A DNA stretch of 63,964 nucleotides, the filler included, from Salisapilia sapeloensis CBS 127946 (taxonomy: Eukaryota; Protista; Oomycota): the NCBI GenBank assembly GCA_023334545.1. It is 8 parts of 8 records of this genome, joined end to end, with 100 filler letters (N's around TTAATTAATTAA, not from the genome) between each part and the next. Parts side by side here need not be neighbours in the genome. Positions count along the whole stretch, not along the records: positions 1 to 26,763 come from JAADVB010000241.1; 7 more parts are not named here. One strand, written 5' to 3'. The notes under the pieces are model-generated. The model was not told where the DNA came from. It did not search any database and saw only the letters and a list, made by a program, of their open reading frames with translations. Below, in pieces: positions 1 to 10,452 of this stretch. Position 1 is the stretch's first letter, and every line of letters begins with the position of its first letter. Made by a program: the position numbers and the translations under genes.

Positions 1-1672
1 TGGATTCGTTATAAACTACTTGAAATATGCAGGCGTTTCTGATGCGACCAATCTCTTGCCTAGTTGGAAAGTGTCCATGGTCGGGTTCTACCCCATCAAA
101 ATTTGGTGAACACAAGTGATTGAAATAGACTACGTCGAGCTTGGAATTGTCTCTAAGAGACGATAAAACTGCGCCCCATTAGCTTCCTTCCTGTAGCAAC
201 CGTATTGATGGAAATTGTAGCATGCGATAAGACGAACTATAGAAGAGCAAGAATTTGACCACCATTTGTTGGCAACTCTGCTCCATCACGCATTGAAAAT
301 ACCCTCGAGCTTACGGTATCCTATATCATTATATGTCTGTGTCAAGTCAATTATATTCGTCCGTTGATGAGGTTATTGTCTTGACCTTATGAATTTAAAT
401 GGCGTAAACTATACAAACGTTTGTTGCTGCCTATACCTGAAAACGTCTCTGCAGACATTGATCAGTGGCTTCAAGCCACCGACCCAAGGCTACCATCATC
501 CACAATGGTGGAAACCTATGAAGCATTCCTGAACGGCAGGGCCGGTAGACTGTCATGCGATTAGCGTATGCTATGAGGCATTTGAGATCTCGAAAGTAAC
601 TCTAAATCAATTTGCCTCATTTCAATACAAAAATCAAACAAAGTCATTGTCTAGGACTATGGTCGAGCCATCCAGATCAAGGTGTCGTACCGGCATCTTG
701 AATGGAGAATATGGTTGAAAGTATTTCACTGGATCCGGAAGGAAATTCGGGATCGCAGTCCATAAATGGACTTGCTGATCAGAGCTCCGCCCCAGAGAGT
801 AGTCATCAATAAGAACCGCCCATTTCAACATCGGGTACTCTGAAACACACTCGCGGTATCTATCCAGTCGAAAGGCTCAGCAGAGACCGATCATGCACAT
901 CACCATTTTTCGGAATGGTTGAGTCCACCTCCGATGGGCTCCAAGGGTAGACATATTGTAACAAACTGTACATATACTTCCACCTTTGCAACGACGAAGT
1001 AGTCTGTCTAGGATTTATACTCGAATTGGTCTTCACAGCGAGCAAGCTAGAGTAGATTAGGGCCATTGGAAGAAAGTAAAATGATAAGATGCATGCATTT
1101 CATGGACATCGGATTCGGTCAGAAATGAGATGGCCATCCAAGATGGAAACGCTTGAGAAATCCAAGAAAAGAGCTATAGAGCGTTGCATCATCACAGAGT
1201 TAAAGGAATGTAAAAGACTTGTTGTAAATGAGAATGTGGTAGCAAGAGCACTTTCGCTTGTATGGGATAGTGCTAGCTACCAGAAGGCGAGGTTAGAGTA
1301 AGACTAAAAACTGTTGTGAAGGTTTATTCAGTACGGAACCAGCACATTAATTGATGAGTGTAGTCATCCACTGCCTAGCGTATAGTCTCCTTTTTTCACT
1401 CGGGTAGTACGAGAGTTAAATAGCAACTGAAGTGTGGCTAAATCATCAAGTCGTGTTCTATCTCTTGATCAAGAAAGGATGGCATATCGGGAGAACGTTC
1501 TAGAGACGGAAATTGACACTTTGCTCCTATATCCATGAAAAGCTTTCGAGGAGATCGATTCCAATCATCGACCAAATGTCGAGCTTTATAGGAAAGTTGT
1601 TTAAAATCGACCTAGGAATAGAAATAAAATACAAAAGTATCCAAACAAAAGCGGCGGCAGACACGTCTCGGA

Positions 1673-4600
1673 ATGATCACGGAGCGAGAGCACGCCGAGT
1701 GCGTGCGTCTGCTGACGAAGCTTACGAACAAGGAGATCCAGGACAAATGGTCGTGGGTGTTCATGCAGCCAGTGACCGGTCTGGCGGACTATGCAGACGT
1801 GATCAAGAAGCCGATGGACCTCGGGACGGTCCGGAAGAATTTAGGGACCAAGCCATCTCGCTGTCGCTTCAAATCGCACGAAAAGTTCGCGCGAGACGTC
1901 CGGCTGGTCTTCCAGAACGCTCTTACGTACAATGAGGCGGACAAGGGCATCAAGGGCTCCGTGTATGACGCCGCCCAGTACCTCTTAAATCTGTTCGAGA
2001 CCGAGTACGCCAAGTCGTTGGACTCGGTGCTCAAGGAGGAGGATGGACGGAAGCAGGACGCATCAGCTGCAGGTGAGAGCGAGGCAGCGGGTGCGAGTGA
2101 AGATCGTCGAGAGAAGCGTAAGAAGCACAAGAAGGACAAGAAGAGCAGACACCGCCAGCCTCCGCCGGAAGAAGCTCCTGCTACCGTCGAGAAGAAGAGC
2201 ATGTCGGAGAAGGAAAAGAAGGACTGCATGTCTGTGCTGATGAAAGTGATCAAGTATCGCGACGGAAACGCGTCTCCTGCGCTCCCATTCTTGCAGCCAG
2301 TGGACCTCAACTACTTTCCAGACTACCGCGTCAAGGTCCCTCGCCGCATGCACCTGTACGGCGTCCAGAAGAAGCTGACGAACGGAGGGTACGTCGACTT
2401 GGACTCCTTCGCATTCGACGTCCGCCTGGTGTTCTCCAACTGCCTCGTCTACAACAGCGACGTCGTGGTCAGTCAGACCATGCGCAGCCACGCGCTCAAG
2501 CTCATGAAGGTGTTTGAGGTGGAGTTGGCCAAGATCGGAGGCAGCTGGCCTGGCATCCGGAAGCGGTGGGAGTGCCAGAGCGTATTAGATGCCATCCTCG
2601 GCGTCCGGACCGACGGGCAGGAGACGGCGCAGTGGTTCAAGTACCCGATCGAGACGTACTACGATTCTCCGGACCAGATCCCGTATGGGTACTATGACAA
2701 GGTGACGGAGCCCATGGACCTCGGGACCGTCTCGACTAGACTGCACCTAGGCCAGTACCGCAGCGCTCGGCAGTTCGTCAACGACACACGGCTGACGTTT
2801 GACAACTGCATCCGGTACTGGCGAGATATCCCCGGAGGCCAGACGTACTGCGACTCTGCCAAGACGCTGATTCGGAAGCTCAAGGAGGAGACGGCCAAGA
2901 GGTTTGACGAGACGCTGGTGGAGAAGGCGAGCAAGAAGGCTCGTCACGCGAGCACTCTGTCATCTGCCTCCTCCTCTTCCTCTTCCGCTAGTCATAAGCC
3001 AGAGGCGCGAGAGGAGAAGGGCAAGAGCTCGATGGACAAGATGAGCTGGCGAGACGCGTGTAGGGAGGTGGTGGGGATGCTCAAGAAGCACAAGATGAAG
3101 GGCTACCAGGGCGTGGACATTCGCACGGCAGCTCCGTTCGAGCAGGCGGTGGACGTGAGCAAGTACTCGGACTACCTGACGATCGTCCAGGAGCCCATGG
3201 ACCTCGCGACAATCGACAAGAAGCTCCGGAATGAAAGGTATCACAGCGTCGATGAATTCAGTGCCGACGTCCACCTGATCTTCTCCAACTGCCTCAAGTA
3301 CAACAGCGACCCAGTCCAGTGCGCCGACATTCGAGCCATGGCCACGAGCCTACGAGACTACTTTAGCAAGCTTTACGACACTCGCCTGGCGCATCGAGCC
3401 AACTCGACTGGCCCGACGACGCTGCCGGAGCAGACGGCCGACAAGAGCAAGCCCACGGAGGACAGGCCAGTGGAGAAAGAGAAGCCTCCTGCTCCTGTAG
3501 CAGACAAGGCGGAAGAGAAGGACGCCAAGGCGAGGGAAAGAGCCGAGAGGAAGAGGCGAAAGCAGGAAAAACGGGAGCGGAAGAAGGAGAAGAAGGAAAA
3601 GGACAAGAGGGAGAGGGAGAGGCAGAAGAAGGAAGAGGAGGCCAAGTCTGCTCCAGTTAAGGTGGAGCCCAAGGTGGAGGTCAAAGCACAAGCTCCTCCG
3701 CCTCCAAAGGCGGAAGCTCCTCCGAAGGTAGAAGCTCCTCCAAAGACGGAAGCTCCTTTAAAAGCGGAACAGCCTCCTCCGGCAGCTCCTGCCCCAAGTC
3801 GAGTGGCGACCAAGAGCGGCAAGAGTCGTCCGTCGGGTGTGAACTCGAGTCGGAAGACGTCCAAGAAGAGCGGGAAGAAGACGGACTTGAGCAAGTGGGA
3901 GTCTGCGTCCAAGCGCATTCTGGACCGCCTGAAGAAGATTGATGAGGTAGGCAAGCTCCACTTTGACAAGCCTCTGGTCGAAGCCTTTCCGCAACTCATG
4001 GACGAGTACGCTCGCTTCGTGTCCGAGCCCATGGACCTTCGGACGCTCGGGGAGCAACTGGAAGCCCACTCGTTGTCGCCAGAAGAGTTCGTTCGGAAGG
4101 GAAAGCTCATCTTTGAGAATGCCGTCACCTTTAACTCTGCCGACGACGAAGCTTCGGAGCACGTCCGGAACATGTCCAAGCACCTCGAGTGGTACTTTAC
4201 GTCGCTTTGTGCCGAGCATCAGCCGCAGCTCTTCCCCGAGAGCGAAGAGTACAAGGAGAAGAGGAGGCAGCTGAGGCAAGAGCGGGAGAAGCAGGTGGCG
4301 GACGTGGATGTGGAAGCCAAGACGAGGGAGTGTCATCGCGTCCTTCGGGCGCTGACGAGTCAAAAAAACGAGAAGAAGTGCTGGCCGTTCCGGAAGCCTG
4401 TGCAGGAGCTCTTCCCAGGGCTCTCGAAGGACTACTTTGACATGATCAAGCACCCGATGGACCTCCAGACGGTTGCCACCAAGCTCCAGGCTGGGCAGTA
4501 CGAGACGCACGATCAGTTCATCCTGGATATCCGTCGGACGTTTGACAACGCCATCCAGTACAACCAGGCAGACAAGGACAGAGGAGAGGAAACGGTGTAT

Positions 4601-5263
4601 GCTCTCGCCATGCACATGAAGCATCTAGCGGAAGACTTGCTCGGGGAGATGACGCTCGATGTCATGGAAAAACTGCATCGGAGAAAGTTGAACGGAGACG
4701 ACTGGTCGACGCGGAAGCGACCGGCGCCAGATGACGGAGGTAGTGCGAAGAAGGCGAGGAAGACGGAGAGCGTCAAGACGCCGGAAAAGTCTCCTGAGCG
4801 CAAGACCAAAACGCCAGAGACCAAGGATGCGCCGGAGAGTACCGCCAAGAAACCAGTGGACGACGATGTGATCGTCCCTCGCATTAAGCTCAACGTATCC
4901 TCCGCCAAGGGACCGGCCAAGGCAGAGCGCAAGGCGGAGGAGAAGCGTCGGAAACGAGCCAAGCGGGAGGAGGAGAGCCAGAAGCGTCGACGGACGGCCG
5001 TGGCTGCCACGGACGACGCCATTCGAGAAGCTGAGCGCCGGAGTCGACGCAAGCGACGGCGAGTGGAGGCGGAAGAGGCAAAACGAGCGCGTCAAAAGCA
5101 GCAGCAGGAGGAACAGGAGCGCCTGCAGGAAGAGAAGCGTCGAGAGAAGGCCAAGTTCGACGCAAGTAAGCTGTCGAGTATATTCCAGGGCGGATCCTTC
5201 TGGTGCAAGAAGCGCACCAAGTTGGGTGTGTCTCCTGCGTTCGAGACGCCGCAAGTCATGTAG
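1673..5263 (+). CDS. Multi-bromodomain protein (six bromodomains, Lys/Glu/Arg-rich linkers)
   Basis: Intronless 1196-aa ORF with six bromodomain signatures of the form F..PV..Y...PMDL..V/I..F..DV.L.F.N...YN: PMDLGTV/QNALTYN, RMHL/SNCLVYN, PMDLGTV/DNCIRYW, PMDLATI/SNCLKYN, PMDLRTL/ENAVTFN, PMDLQTV/DNAIQYN. Confidence 0.92.
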   Translation: MITEREHAECVRLLTKLTNKEIQDKWSWVFMQPVTGLADYADVIKKPMDLGTVRKNLGTKPSRCRFKSHEKFARDVRLVFQNALTYNEADKGIKGSVYDAAQYLLNLFETEYAKSLDSVLKEEDGRKQDASAAGESEAAGASEDRREKRKKHKKDKKSRHRQPPPEEAPATVEKKSMSEKEKKDCMSVLMKVIKYRDGNASPALPFLQPVDLNYFPDYRVKVPRRMHLYGVQKKLTNGGYVDLDSFAFDVRLVFSNCLVYNSDVVVSQTMRSHALKLMKVFEVELAKIGGSWPGIRKRWECQSVLDAILGVRTDGQETAQWFKYPIETYYDSPDQIPYGYYDKVTEPMDLGTVSTRLHLGQYRSARQFVNDTRLTFDNCIRYWRDIPGGQTYCDSAKTLIRKLKEETAKRFDETLVEKASKKARHASTLSSASSSSSSASHKPEAREEKGKSSMDKMSWRDACREVVGMLKKHKMKGYQGVDIRTAAPFEQAVDVSKYSDYLTIVQEPMDLATIDKKLRNERYHSVDEFSADVHLIFSNCLKYNSDPVQCADIRAMATSLRDYFSKLYDTRLAHRANSTGPTTLPEQTADKSKPTEDRPVEKEKPPAPVADKAEEKDAKARERAERKRRKQEKRERKKEKKEKDKRERERQKKEEEAKSAPVKVEPKVEVKAQAPPPPKAEAPPKVEAPPKTEAPLKAEQPPPAAPAPSRVATKSGKSRPSGVNSSRKTSKKSGKKTDLSKWESASKRILDRLKKIDEVGKLHFDKPLVEAFPQLMDEYARFVSEPMDLRTLGEQLEAHSLSPEEFVRKGKLIFENAVTFNSADDEASEHVRNMSKHLEWYFTSLCAEHQPQLFPESEEYKEKRRQLRQEREKQVADVDVEAKTRECHRVLRALTSQKNEKKCWPFRKPVQELFPGLSKDYFDMIKHPMDLQTVATKLQAGQYETHDQFILDIRRTFDNAIQYNQADKDRGEETVYALAMHMKHLAEDLLGEMTLDVMEKLHRRKLNGDDWSTRKRPAPDDGGSAKKARKTESVKTPEKSPERKTKTPETKDAPESTAKKPVDDDVIVPRIKLNVSSAKGPAKAERKAEEKRRKRAKREEESQKRRRTAVAATDDAIREAERRSRRKRRRVEAEEAKRARQKQQQEEQERLQEEKRREKAKFDASKLSSIFQGGSFWCKKRTKLGVSPAFETPQVM

Positions 5264-5596
5264 AGACCTTAGTCAAGAGAAAGGAAAGGAAGTGTATTGG
5301 AATATCAAACGACCTGCGTCTCTTGATTTTTTTTTGAAAGCGGTCACTTTGGAAAAGCGTCCACGAAAGAAGAGAAAGAAAGAAAGTAGTTTGTCCAAGG
5401 ACGAAATGTCCTGCCGAAAAGGTGCAGATCGTGTCGTGTTGAAAGAACCGCCAAGCGATTCGAATGCCTTTGAAAGTGTGTCTTTTTTATCTTTTTGTCG
5501 CACTCGTCCGTCGTGACAAGTGGTCGTCTTGTGCTTTTTGTTTCCTTTTTCGAGTATTTCATGCACCTCTCGTCTGTACATTTCCTGCTTTTCCCA

Positions 5597-7003
5597 CTAG
5601 GCAAAGTGGGGAGCATGCGTCGGGTTGAACGCCGGGTCCGACGCAAAGTTCCCTCCCTCCTTTCCGTTCCAGCCGTACTTGTAGTGGTACACATGGACGT
5701 CCGGCGCGATGGGCTCCGGATCGTACACGTGCTGCGAGTGGTGACTGGGAGGATGACCGTACCACAGCCAGTCGCCGTGCGTCTCCTGGCTCTCGGCGTA
5801 CGAAGGAGACGGCTCCATCATCGGCATGGGCGCCATCATCGGTTCGAACGAACGCATGTAGTACGGCGACCACGCGTCGTGACCAGACACGTATGCCTGG
5901 GACGAGTAGTCGAGCGACATCGGCCGGGCGTACGCCGGTTGATCCTGTCCGAGCACTTGTTCCATCAGATGCGGTGGCACAGCCACGACCGACTGGATGA
6001 ACAAGTGCTCTTCCTCGGCGACCTTGCTCCACCGCTGGCGGTGCTGCTGGTCGGCGTACCCATAGGACGCTCCAGGCCAGTGCACCTGCGCGTTCCCTCT
6101 CGTCGACGTCGTGTGGTGCAGCCAGCGACGGCAGTCCCACAGGACAGACGGTTCTAGCTGGAGAAACTGCGCAACAAAGTTGAGGTCGAGACTCGAGTCC
6201 ACGAGGAGCAGACAGGCGCCGGCGAGGACGCTCGGGAGGTAGTCTGGCGCGTGGGCATCCAGCAGGGCTGTGTCAAGGAGCTGCACGGCGTGCTCCAGGA
6301 GCTCTTTGGTGCCACTCGGATTCCGCTCCGCGTCGATAAAGTCGGCCATGGTGAGCATGGCGTGTCCTGGCGCGTGGCCGGACAGGAGGAAGAGCAGCCA
6401 TCCGTACGGAGATGGCGGGTGGAACTGCCACTTAAGCTCCTGCGCGAACTCGAGCTCCTTCGTGATGAGCCAGTTGGTCGCGTAGTTGGCGTGGTCGCTG
6501 GCGTTGGCCAGGTAGGCCGTGACTTCGGCTGCTTTGGGCGGATGCACCTCCTCGATCTTGGCGGCCATGAAGACGCAAACCGTTGCGACTTGGCGCACCT
6601 GGTGCTCCGGCGGGAGCGCCCAGACGGATGCGTCGTACGAGCGCATGGACGTGGCGCCAGACGCAGCGTAGACGGGTGCGCTGCCTCGACGTCGCTGGGA
6701 CGGCGGCTGTGGTCCGCCCCACTTGCGCAGTAGCGCGTGTGCGTACTGCAAGGCAAAGTGGGCTGTCTGTCGTTGTAGAGCAAAGTGGTGGCATGCGTGG
6801 GTGATCCAGTGCCAAGCTGCGCCGTAGTAGTCGAGCCCGGCGGCGTCCGAGGGCGGCGACTGACTGATGGCGAGGGGCGAGTACGAGGACTGTCCGAGTG
6901 CGTTGGACGTGTTCCTCGGCTGGGCGTTGGCCGGAGAACCTATTTCCTGGAACGCCATCTCCTTCCTGCGCATACTGAGCACGACCATAAGGTCCTGGTT
7001 CAT
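5597..7003 (-). CDS. Cyclin-like protein (divergent cyclin box)
   Basis: 468-aa ORF containing VATVCVFMAAKIEEVHPP, ELEFAQELKWQFHPPSPYGWL and DYLPSVLAGACL, typical of cyclin N- and C-terminal folds. Confidence 0.8.
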   Translation of the reverse strand: MNQDLMVVLSMRRKEMAFQEIGSPANAQPRNTSNALGQSSYSPLAISQSPPSDAAGLDYYGAAWHWITHACHHFALQRQTAHFALQYAHALLRKWGGPQPPSQRRRGSAPVYAASGATSMRSYDASVWALPPEHQVRQVATVCVFMAAKIEEVHPPKAAEVTAYLANASDHANYATNWLITKELEFAQELKWQFHPPSPYGWLLFLLSGHAPGHAMLTMADFIDAERNPSGTKELLEHAVQLLDTALLDAHAPDYLPSVLAGACLLLVDSSLDLNFVAQFLQLEPSVLWDCRRWLHHTTSTRGNAQVHWPGASYGYADQQHRQRWSKVAEEEHLFIQSVVAVPPHLMEQVLGQDQPAYARPMSLDYSSQAYVSGHDAWSPYYMRSFEPMMAPMPMMEPSPSYAESQETHGDWLWYGHPPSHHSQHVYDPEPIAPDVHVYHYKYGWNGKEGGNFASDPAFNPTHAPHFA

Positions 7004-7677
7004 CCTGTCCGTGGACGTCGGTGGGGAGGGCGCGTGCGCCGAGAGGGCTGGCTCGAGCCTCTTGGTGTGGTTCGAAGGAGCGTCTGGTCGGACTCGAGTG
7101 TCTTGTAGCTAGTGGTGAATGCAGCAGCTCTCCTTCTGGCGTGACGTGTCCTTATCTTGTCGTCCACCGACCGCGCTCTCGACTTGCGGAACGAAGAGCG
7201 GCGAGTGGCACCCTGTGACACTTTTACGCTGGCTTTAGCTAATGCGTACGGATTAGGAAAGAATTGACTCGAAAAGGGCAGCGAGGACAAAGAAATCGAC
7301 GTCCAAGCGCGCCAAAGTGTGTGAGAGCGGGAAATGGAGACATGAAGGTGAATAAAATTCAGTTGGAGGATGGAGAGGAAGGGAGTGATGGTGGAACTGG
7401 ATGTACGAAAGAAAATCAGTTTCAGCAGGACACAGGGTCTCATTGGCCTTTGACACCTTGTAGGTTCATCTACTAGCACATCCTCAATCGACATGCACTC
7501 GCCAACACTAGAAAGCTGACAAAGTAGCCTCCATCGTCTACTATCCTTTGTCGCTGACAGCAGCCTTCCGCCCTTACTTGTCGTGGGTGGCATTCTATGT
7601 CAACACCATCTATTTCGTCTCTAATCCGTACGAAATAGTCGAGTCGCAGAATAGCAACTCGTTGGCCAAGTAGCAAA

Positions 7678-9288
7678 ATGGGGGATCGACGTCGAGCCAA
7701 GGAGGTGGAGGAAGCTCGGAAGAACGGGACGCTGCCGCCGGAGAAGGATGCGGAGGGCAACCTGATCAATCCGCACAACCCAGAGTACATTAGTAAGCGT
7801 CCGTGGTATCTCGGCGACTCTGGGCCGTCGCTCAAGCATCAGAGCCTTCAAAAGTCGTCGCACCTCTTATCGATCCACGAAGCCGACGAGCTCCATGCGC
7901 GCCATCGTCCGACGTCGAAAGTCGATACTTCTCGTCGCAAGTGGAAGAAAGGCGCTTGTAAGAATTGTGGCGCCACGACGCATAAAGCGACGGAATGTGT
8001 CGAACGACCGCGGAAAGTCGGTGCGTGGAAGACGAATCGGAACATTGTGGAGGAGGAAGAAGGTGTGGATGTGCGATCGGAGAGGTATGGTAAGCTCGCG
8101 TTTGATGCGAAGCGAGACCAGTGGCTCGGGTACGACCCGAAGGACCATGAACAGACGATCAAGCGCTACGACCGGATCGAGTCGAAGCGTCGGGAGAAGC
8201 GACTGGCGCAGACGGATGGGCAGAAGGCGCATGAAGAAGCGCTGTCGGACTCAGACTATGAGTCGGACGCAGACTCGAGCGACAAGGAGTTTCGAGACAA
8301 GGAAGGCCAGCTCTTTACGGAGCGCGTGGCGAGACAAGGCGGCGTCGGAGGCGCCGAGATGAAGACGACGGTGCGGAATCTCCGCATTCGAGAGGACACG
8401 GCCAAGTACCTTCGTAACTTGGACCCGAACTCGGCGTACTATGACCCGAAGACGCGTTCGATGCGTGAGAATCCGAACCCGGAGCTCGCACCGGAAGACA
8501 CGACGTTTGCTGGAGACAATGTGGTGCGGCACACAGGCGACTCTGGTCGCTTAGCCCAGATGCAAATGTTTGCGTGGGAAGCGCATCGGCAGAGCGGGAG
8601 TGAGCTGCATCCACTGGCGGATCCGAGTCAAGCCGAGTTTCTTCAGAAGCAGTTCGAAGAGAAGAAGCAGCGGCTGGAGGAGGAGCGGAAGCGGCGGATC
8701 TTGGACAAGTATGGCGGACAGGAGCATCTGGGACAGGCGCCGGCGCTAGGCCAGTCGGAGCAGTATGTCGAGTACACCAAGGACGGTCGAGTGGCTGGCG
8801 GAGGAGAAAAGGCTGTGGCGAGGAGCAAGTACGTGGAGGATGTGCTGGAGAACAACCACTCGAGCGTCTGGGGCTCGTTCTTTGATCGGAAGAGTGGCTT
8901 GTGGGGATACAAGTGCTGCCACTCGAGCGTCCGGAATAGCTATTGCACGGGGGAAGAGGGCAAGAGAGCCGTCGTGGAGGCAGCTAGTCGACAGGTGGAG
9001 GCACGGGAGATGCTCCCTGTGAAAGAGTCGACGGACGACGCTGCGTCGGTCGTGACCAAGAGGAGTGAGATGTATGGGGAGAACGTCGCGCCAGAGCTAG
9101 ATGATAAGAAACTCCGGAAGGCACTAAAGCGAGCGAGGAAGGCGGATGAGACGGATGAGCGAAAGCGCAAGTACAATGCTCGCGGGACGTACGAGGTGGA
9201 TGCAGAGGAGATGGAGGCGTATAAGCTGACCAAGAGAAGAGGGGAAGACCCGATGGCTAACGTAGATGGAGAGGAATTGCTAGAGTAG
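7678..9288 (+). CDS. SLU7: Pre-mRNA splicing factor SLU7
   Basis: INPHNPEYISKRPWYL, zinc knuckle CKNCGATTHKATEC, TVRNLRIREDTAKYLRNLDPNSAYYDPKTRSMR and WGYKCCHS are hallmark Slu7 motifs. Confidence 0.96.
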   Translation: MGDRRRAKEVEEARKNGTLPPEKDAEGNLINPHNPEYISKRPWYLGDSGPSLKHQSLQKSSHLLSIHEADELHARHRPTSKVDTSRRKWKKGACKNCGATTHKATECVERPRKVGAWKTNRNIVEEEEGVDVRSERYGKLAFDAKRDQWLGYDPKDHEQTIKRYDRIESKRREKRLAQTDGQKAHEEALSDSDYESDADSSDKEFRDKEGQLFTERVARQGGVGGAEMKTTVRNLRIREDTAKYLRNLDPNSAYYDPKTRSMRENPNPELAPEDTTFAGDNVVRHTGDSGRLAQMQMFAWEAHRQSGSELHPLADPSQAEFLQKQFEEKKQRLEEERKRRILDKYGGQEHLGQAPALGQSEQYVEYTKDGRVAGGGEKAVARSKYVEDVLENNHSSVWGSFFDRKSGLWGYKCCHSSVRNSYCTGEEGKRAVVEAASRQVEAREMLPVKESTDDAASVVTKRSEMYGENVAPELDDKKLRKALKRARKADETDERKRKYNARGTYEVDAEEMEAYKLTKRRGEDPMANVDGEELLE

Positions 9289-9308
9289 ATTTTCACTTGT
9301 CTTTTGTG

Positions 9309-10257
9309 CTATGGAAAGAGCTTTTCGAGTTGAGCGAGCGTGTCTTGTGGACTCGTGACGGTGTGTCCGATCGTGCGTTCGTGCGTAAAGATCTCGTGGT
9401 CGTTCCCGCCTGGGTGCGTCTTGTCGCCAAAGAAGTGGATTTCGTCGTAGTCGGACGACGGGAGGTAGCGGAGGCAAAAGGTCTTGTCCCATCCGCGAGG
9501 GAAGACGTCGAACGAGATCTGTCCGCCGATGGAAAAGGTCAGGTCCATGTCGGCAAACTCTTGTCGGAGCTTTTCGACAAACGTTTGGCGGATATTGTGC
9601 TCCAGGTCGAAGCGTTCGAATTCATCTCGCTCTTCTTGAGAACAGTTGCGACCGATAGGGGAGACGTTGATCATACCCATGCGAAACTCGACAAACGTGC
9701 CTCTGCAAATGTGTTAGGTAGGTTGGGAGACAAGAGAAGAGAGACGTACCGTTTGATGGGAATATCGAGGTCGGCTACGTAGTGGAGGACATAGTTGACG
9801 AACTTGTTCAGCTGTGCATTGGAGTACTTGTCTCGAAGACTCTACTTTGGTGATGAGAAGAGGATGACGAGAGGAGAAAGGGAGGACGTACGGTGGATCC
9901 GATCTGCTCTCCGTTCTGGAAGGCCACGAGGCCGTTTTCAGAAAAGCTATAGTCAAAGTCATGCACGACTGGATGGGCTTTAGTATCGGATAGAGTGGCG
10001 GAGGGGAGGAAGAGGTACCGTTGTCACCGAGCTGCTCCTTTTGCTTGATCAGATCGGAGCCGCCGACGACGCCGATCTGGATCTTGGACCTCAGCTGCTT
10101 GAGTCGTTCGACCATTTCCGCCGATGCGTTCTATCATGTGCATACCTTTAGCACTCTCTATCCTCTCTACCGGAAAGGGAAAATGAGAGACCTTTCGAGC
10201 GACAGTAAGCGTGCCATCGACGTCAAAGAGAGCGAGTACGCGTGGATTCCTGCTCAT
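9309..10257 (-). CDS. PMM: Phosphomannomutase (HAD family, multi-exon)
   Basis: Pieces in different frames separated by GT-AG introns: [18 protein letters not shown] (ATG at 10257), [56 protein letters not shown] and [15 protein letters not shown]. Exon boundaries only partly resolved. Confidence 0.93.
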
Positions 10258-10452
10258 GGGGCTCGAGTGTTTGCTGATTAGAAACTGACTTGTAAATTGA
10301 CACATCTTACACTCCAAAAGCCATGGACAGTATACTTATAAGATCATATACAACTGTCTATAGAAAGATACACCAGATCTACTTGCAACTGCAACTTGTC
10401 CATTTCCCTTTTTCCTTCTTCCCGCGCAAGTCGACACCAACGAAGACGACGC

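Noticed and set aside
1-1500. Short ORFs 634-831, 860-1066, 1089-1301 and others upstream of the bromodomain gene
   Set aside because: No recognisable motifs or codon bias. Probably decayed sequence; no element type can be supported.
7510-7550. Imperfect inverted repeat GACAAAGTAG..CTACTATCCTTTGTC in the cyclin/SLU7 divergent promoter
   Set aside because: Short and interrupted, compatible with chance.
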